The notes under the pieces are model-generated. The model was not told the origin of the DNA, made no database searches, and saw nothing but the letters and a program-made list of their open reading frames with translations. DNA of 64,000 bases, taken from positions 682,001-746,000 of the forward strand of contig BAAIJX010000001.1 of the NCBI GenBank assembly GCA_054600435.1, given 5' to 3'. Shown here piece after piece: positions 62,204-64,000 of the stretch. The translations under genes and the position numbers were made by a program. Each line of letters starts with the position of its first letter. Position 1 is the stretch's first letter. Source of the stretch: Neophaeotheca triangularis (Eukaryota).

Positions 62204-63240
62204 ATGGACTCAATCCTTGTACTCCGCATTGGCTATCTCAGCGCAGCACTCCTCGTAAGAAACGACGCCAGCATTTTGCGTATACCCTACCACAACACGG
62301 GCTGATTGAAGGTTTAAACCTACGGTAGGTATTGCTGGTTGCTCTGGTACCGTCCCTCAACAGGCGGTTTCTAGCATACGGTGCGCGTTCCAGTGATGGT
62401 ACCAAGTCAAAGACGGAGGACAGCAGCAGCAGCAGCAGCAGCCAGACAGACGAGCCCCCCTGGCTGGCGAAACCACTCGATCTTCTAACGAGCATCACGG
62501 TGCCGCACAGCTGGTTTACTTCTTTCTACATCACCTTGGTAATATGCTGCTTCTTCTGGGGCCAGCAAGTTCTCACCCATGGTCATTTTTTCCTCGCCGT
62601 GGCAGACAACACTTCGCACGGTCAAGCTTCCATGACCCCCAGCCAGATCAAAGTCGTCTTTGCTGGTCTCACCATCCAAGGCGTCCGCCGGGTGAATGAG
62701 AGCTTCGCTATAGCCAAGCCTTCAGCCTCCCGCATGTGGATAGGGCATTGGGTGTTGGGAATTGGTTTCTACCTCGCCACCAGCATGGCCGTATGGATTG
62801 AAGGGGTCCCGGTACTACGAACACATAACTACGGTGTCAATGACCTGACCTTCGCCGGTCCCAGTTTCCGCAGCTTCGTGTCTATGCTGCTTTTCCTCGT
62901 GGCTTCCGGGATACAGCACGACTGCCACAACTACCTGACTTCCATCAAGCCTGCATCGACAAGCTCCAACCGCCCCGCCAACGAGTATCGTGTGCCCACA
63001 CATCCGGCATTTGCGAGGCTGATCGTGCCACACTATTTCGCTGAGTGTGTTATATATCTGTCTCTTACTATTGCCGCAGCGCCCAAGGGGTATTGGGTGA
63101 ACTGGACGATGGCTTGCGCGCTAGTCTTTGTTGTGGTCAATTTGGGCGTTACGGCTGAAGGGACGAAACGCTGGTACGAGAGCCGATTCGGGCGACATGC
63201 GGTGCAGGGGAAATGGAGGATGTTGCCATTCATCTTCTAG
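62204..63240 (+). CDS. DFG10: Polyprenol reductase / steroid 5-alpha-reductase family (exons 62204-62254, 62329-63240)
   Basis: LAYGAR, TVPHSWFTSFY, RRVNES, QHDCHNYL, PHYFAECVIY, NLGVTA, WRMLPFIF. Confidence 0.88.
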
Positions 63241-64000
63241 GTTGCCTGTCGATGTAAGCAAGGGCACACAAGTTTGATCTATCGCCACAGCCGTGGGTGC
63301 TCGTGCTGTATGGAGTATTCGAACAGTGTGACGGCGCGGCGGTGGCTCTCGACCGCAGCAACTCGAACACGACAACATTCGAACATGGCGTGTGGCTGCA
63401 AGAAAGTCTCATGGCACGGGTATCTCGCTGCAATCGAGCAAAGACGTGGAAGCAGTCTGAACGAGTTCGCTGGCCGAGTTCAGGAGGCATGCCGAGGCCA
63501 TGGCATTATTGTAGATAGACAAGTAGAAAGGGTTGAGCAGACTCCTTGGCTAGCGCATTTGGTATGCCACGAGTCACGACCTTGCACAGCCTACCCTGCC
63601 AATACGTCCATCATTACGCCAAGCAGTTCGCTATTGCTAAAAGCTGATGATGATTATGAAGCCTGGTGAAGGTCTGTCTTTCTTTAGGCGAGTCAAACAA
63701 CAGCATCAGGAGAGGCAGCACGAGCAGAACGAAGCCCGCGTTGACGATTACTAGGTACTACTGACTGGACCAACCCCGTAGCGACGGGTAGCGCCTTTGA
63801 CAGAAGAGTCATTTGCCACCAACCCAGATGCAGATCATACGTACGCGTCCAGACCGCCCATCCAACAAGACACTACTACCTACTAACCCATAGCCTCGAC
63901 GCCTCAACGGACGACACTTGCCAATCAAGACGGAGGCAATCAAGTGCAATCTCGTCGAATTGATAGAGACAAGGTGGTAGGTACCTAGCATCTACCCCTG

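Noticed and set aside
63274..64000. Additional gene at the right edge
   Set aside because: Only short ORFs without recognisable motifs or a convincing splice structure; cannot be supported from this window.

Overview
Fungal (ascomycete, probably Dothideomycete-like; inferred) genomic DNA with two sharply different halves. Bases 13-38111 are one AT-rich, RIP-mutated, four-level nest of transposons whose boundaries can be read to the base. The outer element is a ~3.6-kb Mutator/MULE element (~118-bp TIRs, perfect 9-bp TSD CAGTAAGTA). Its transposase is split by a ~13-kb multi-gene Plavaka-type DNA element (1115-35591; 15-bp TIR, 2-bp TT duplication) that has about four degraded accessory ORFs. 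That element holds three ~7.1-kb Ty3/Gypsy chromoviruses: A 7639-14780 (minus), B 18718-33020 (plus), and C 23342-30498 (plus, nested in B). Each retroelement has an extra antisense Cys6 zinc-cluster/coiled-coil ORF. Bases ~38.1-64 kb are GC-balanced and gene-dense, with ten mostly intron-containing housekeeping genes: an alpha/beta hydrolase, FZO1, VPS2/DID4, PTC1, SNF4, a GT31 glycosyltransferase, the PP2A A subunit, PheRS beta, SPP1 and DFG10. All TE proteins were read by eye after mentally reversing RIP mutations, so accessory-ORF boundaries and family labels are approximate. No database searches were run.
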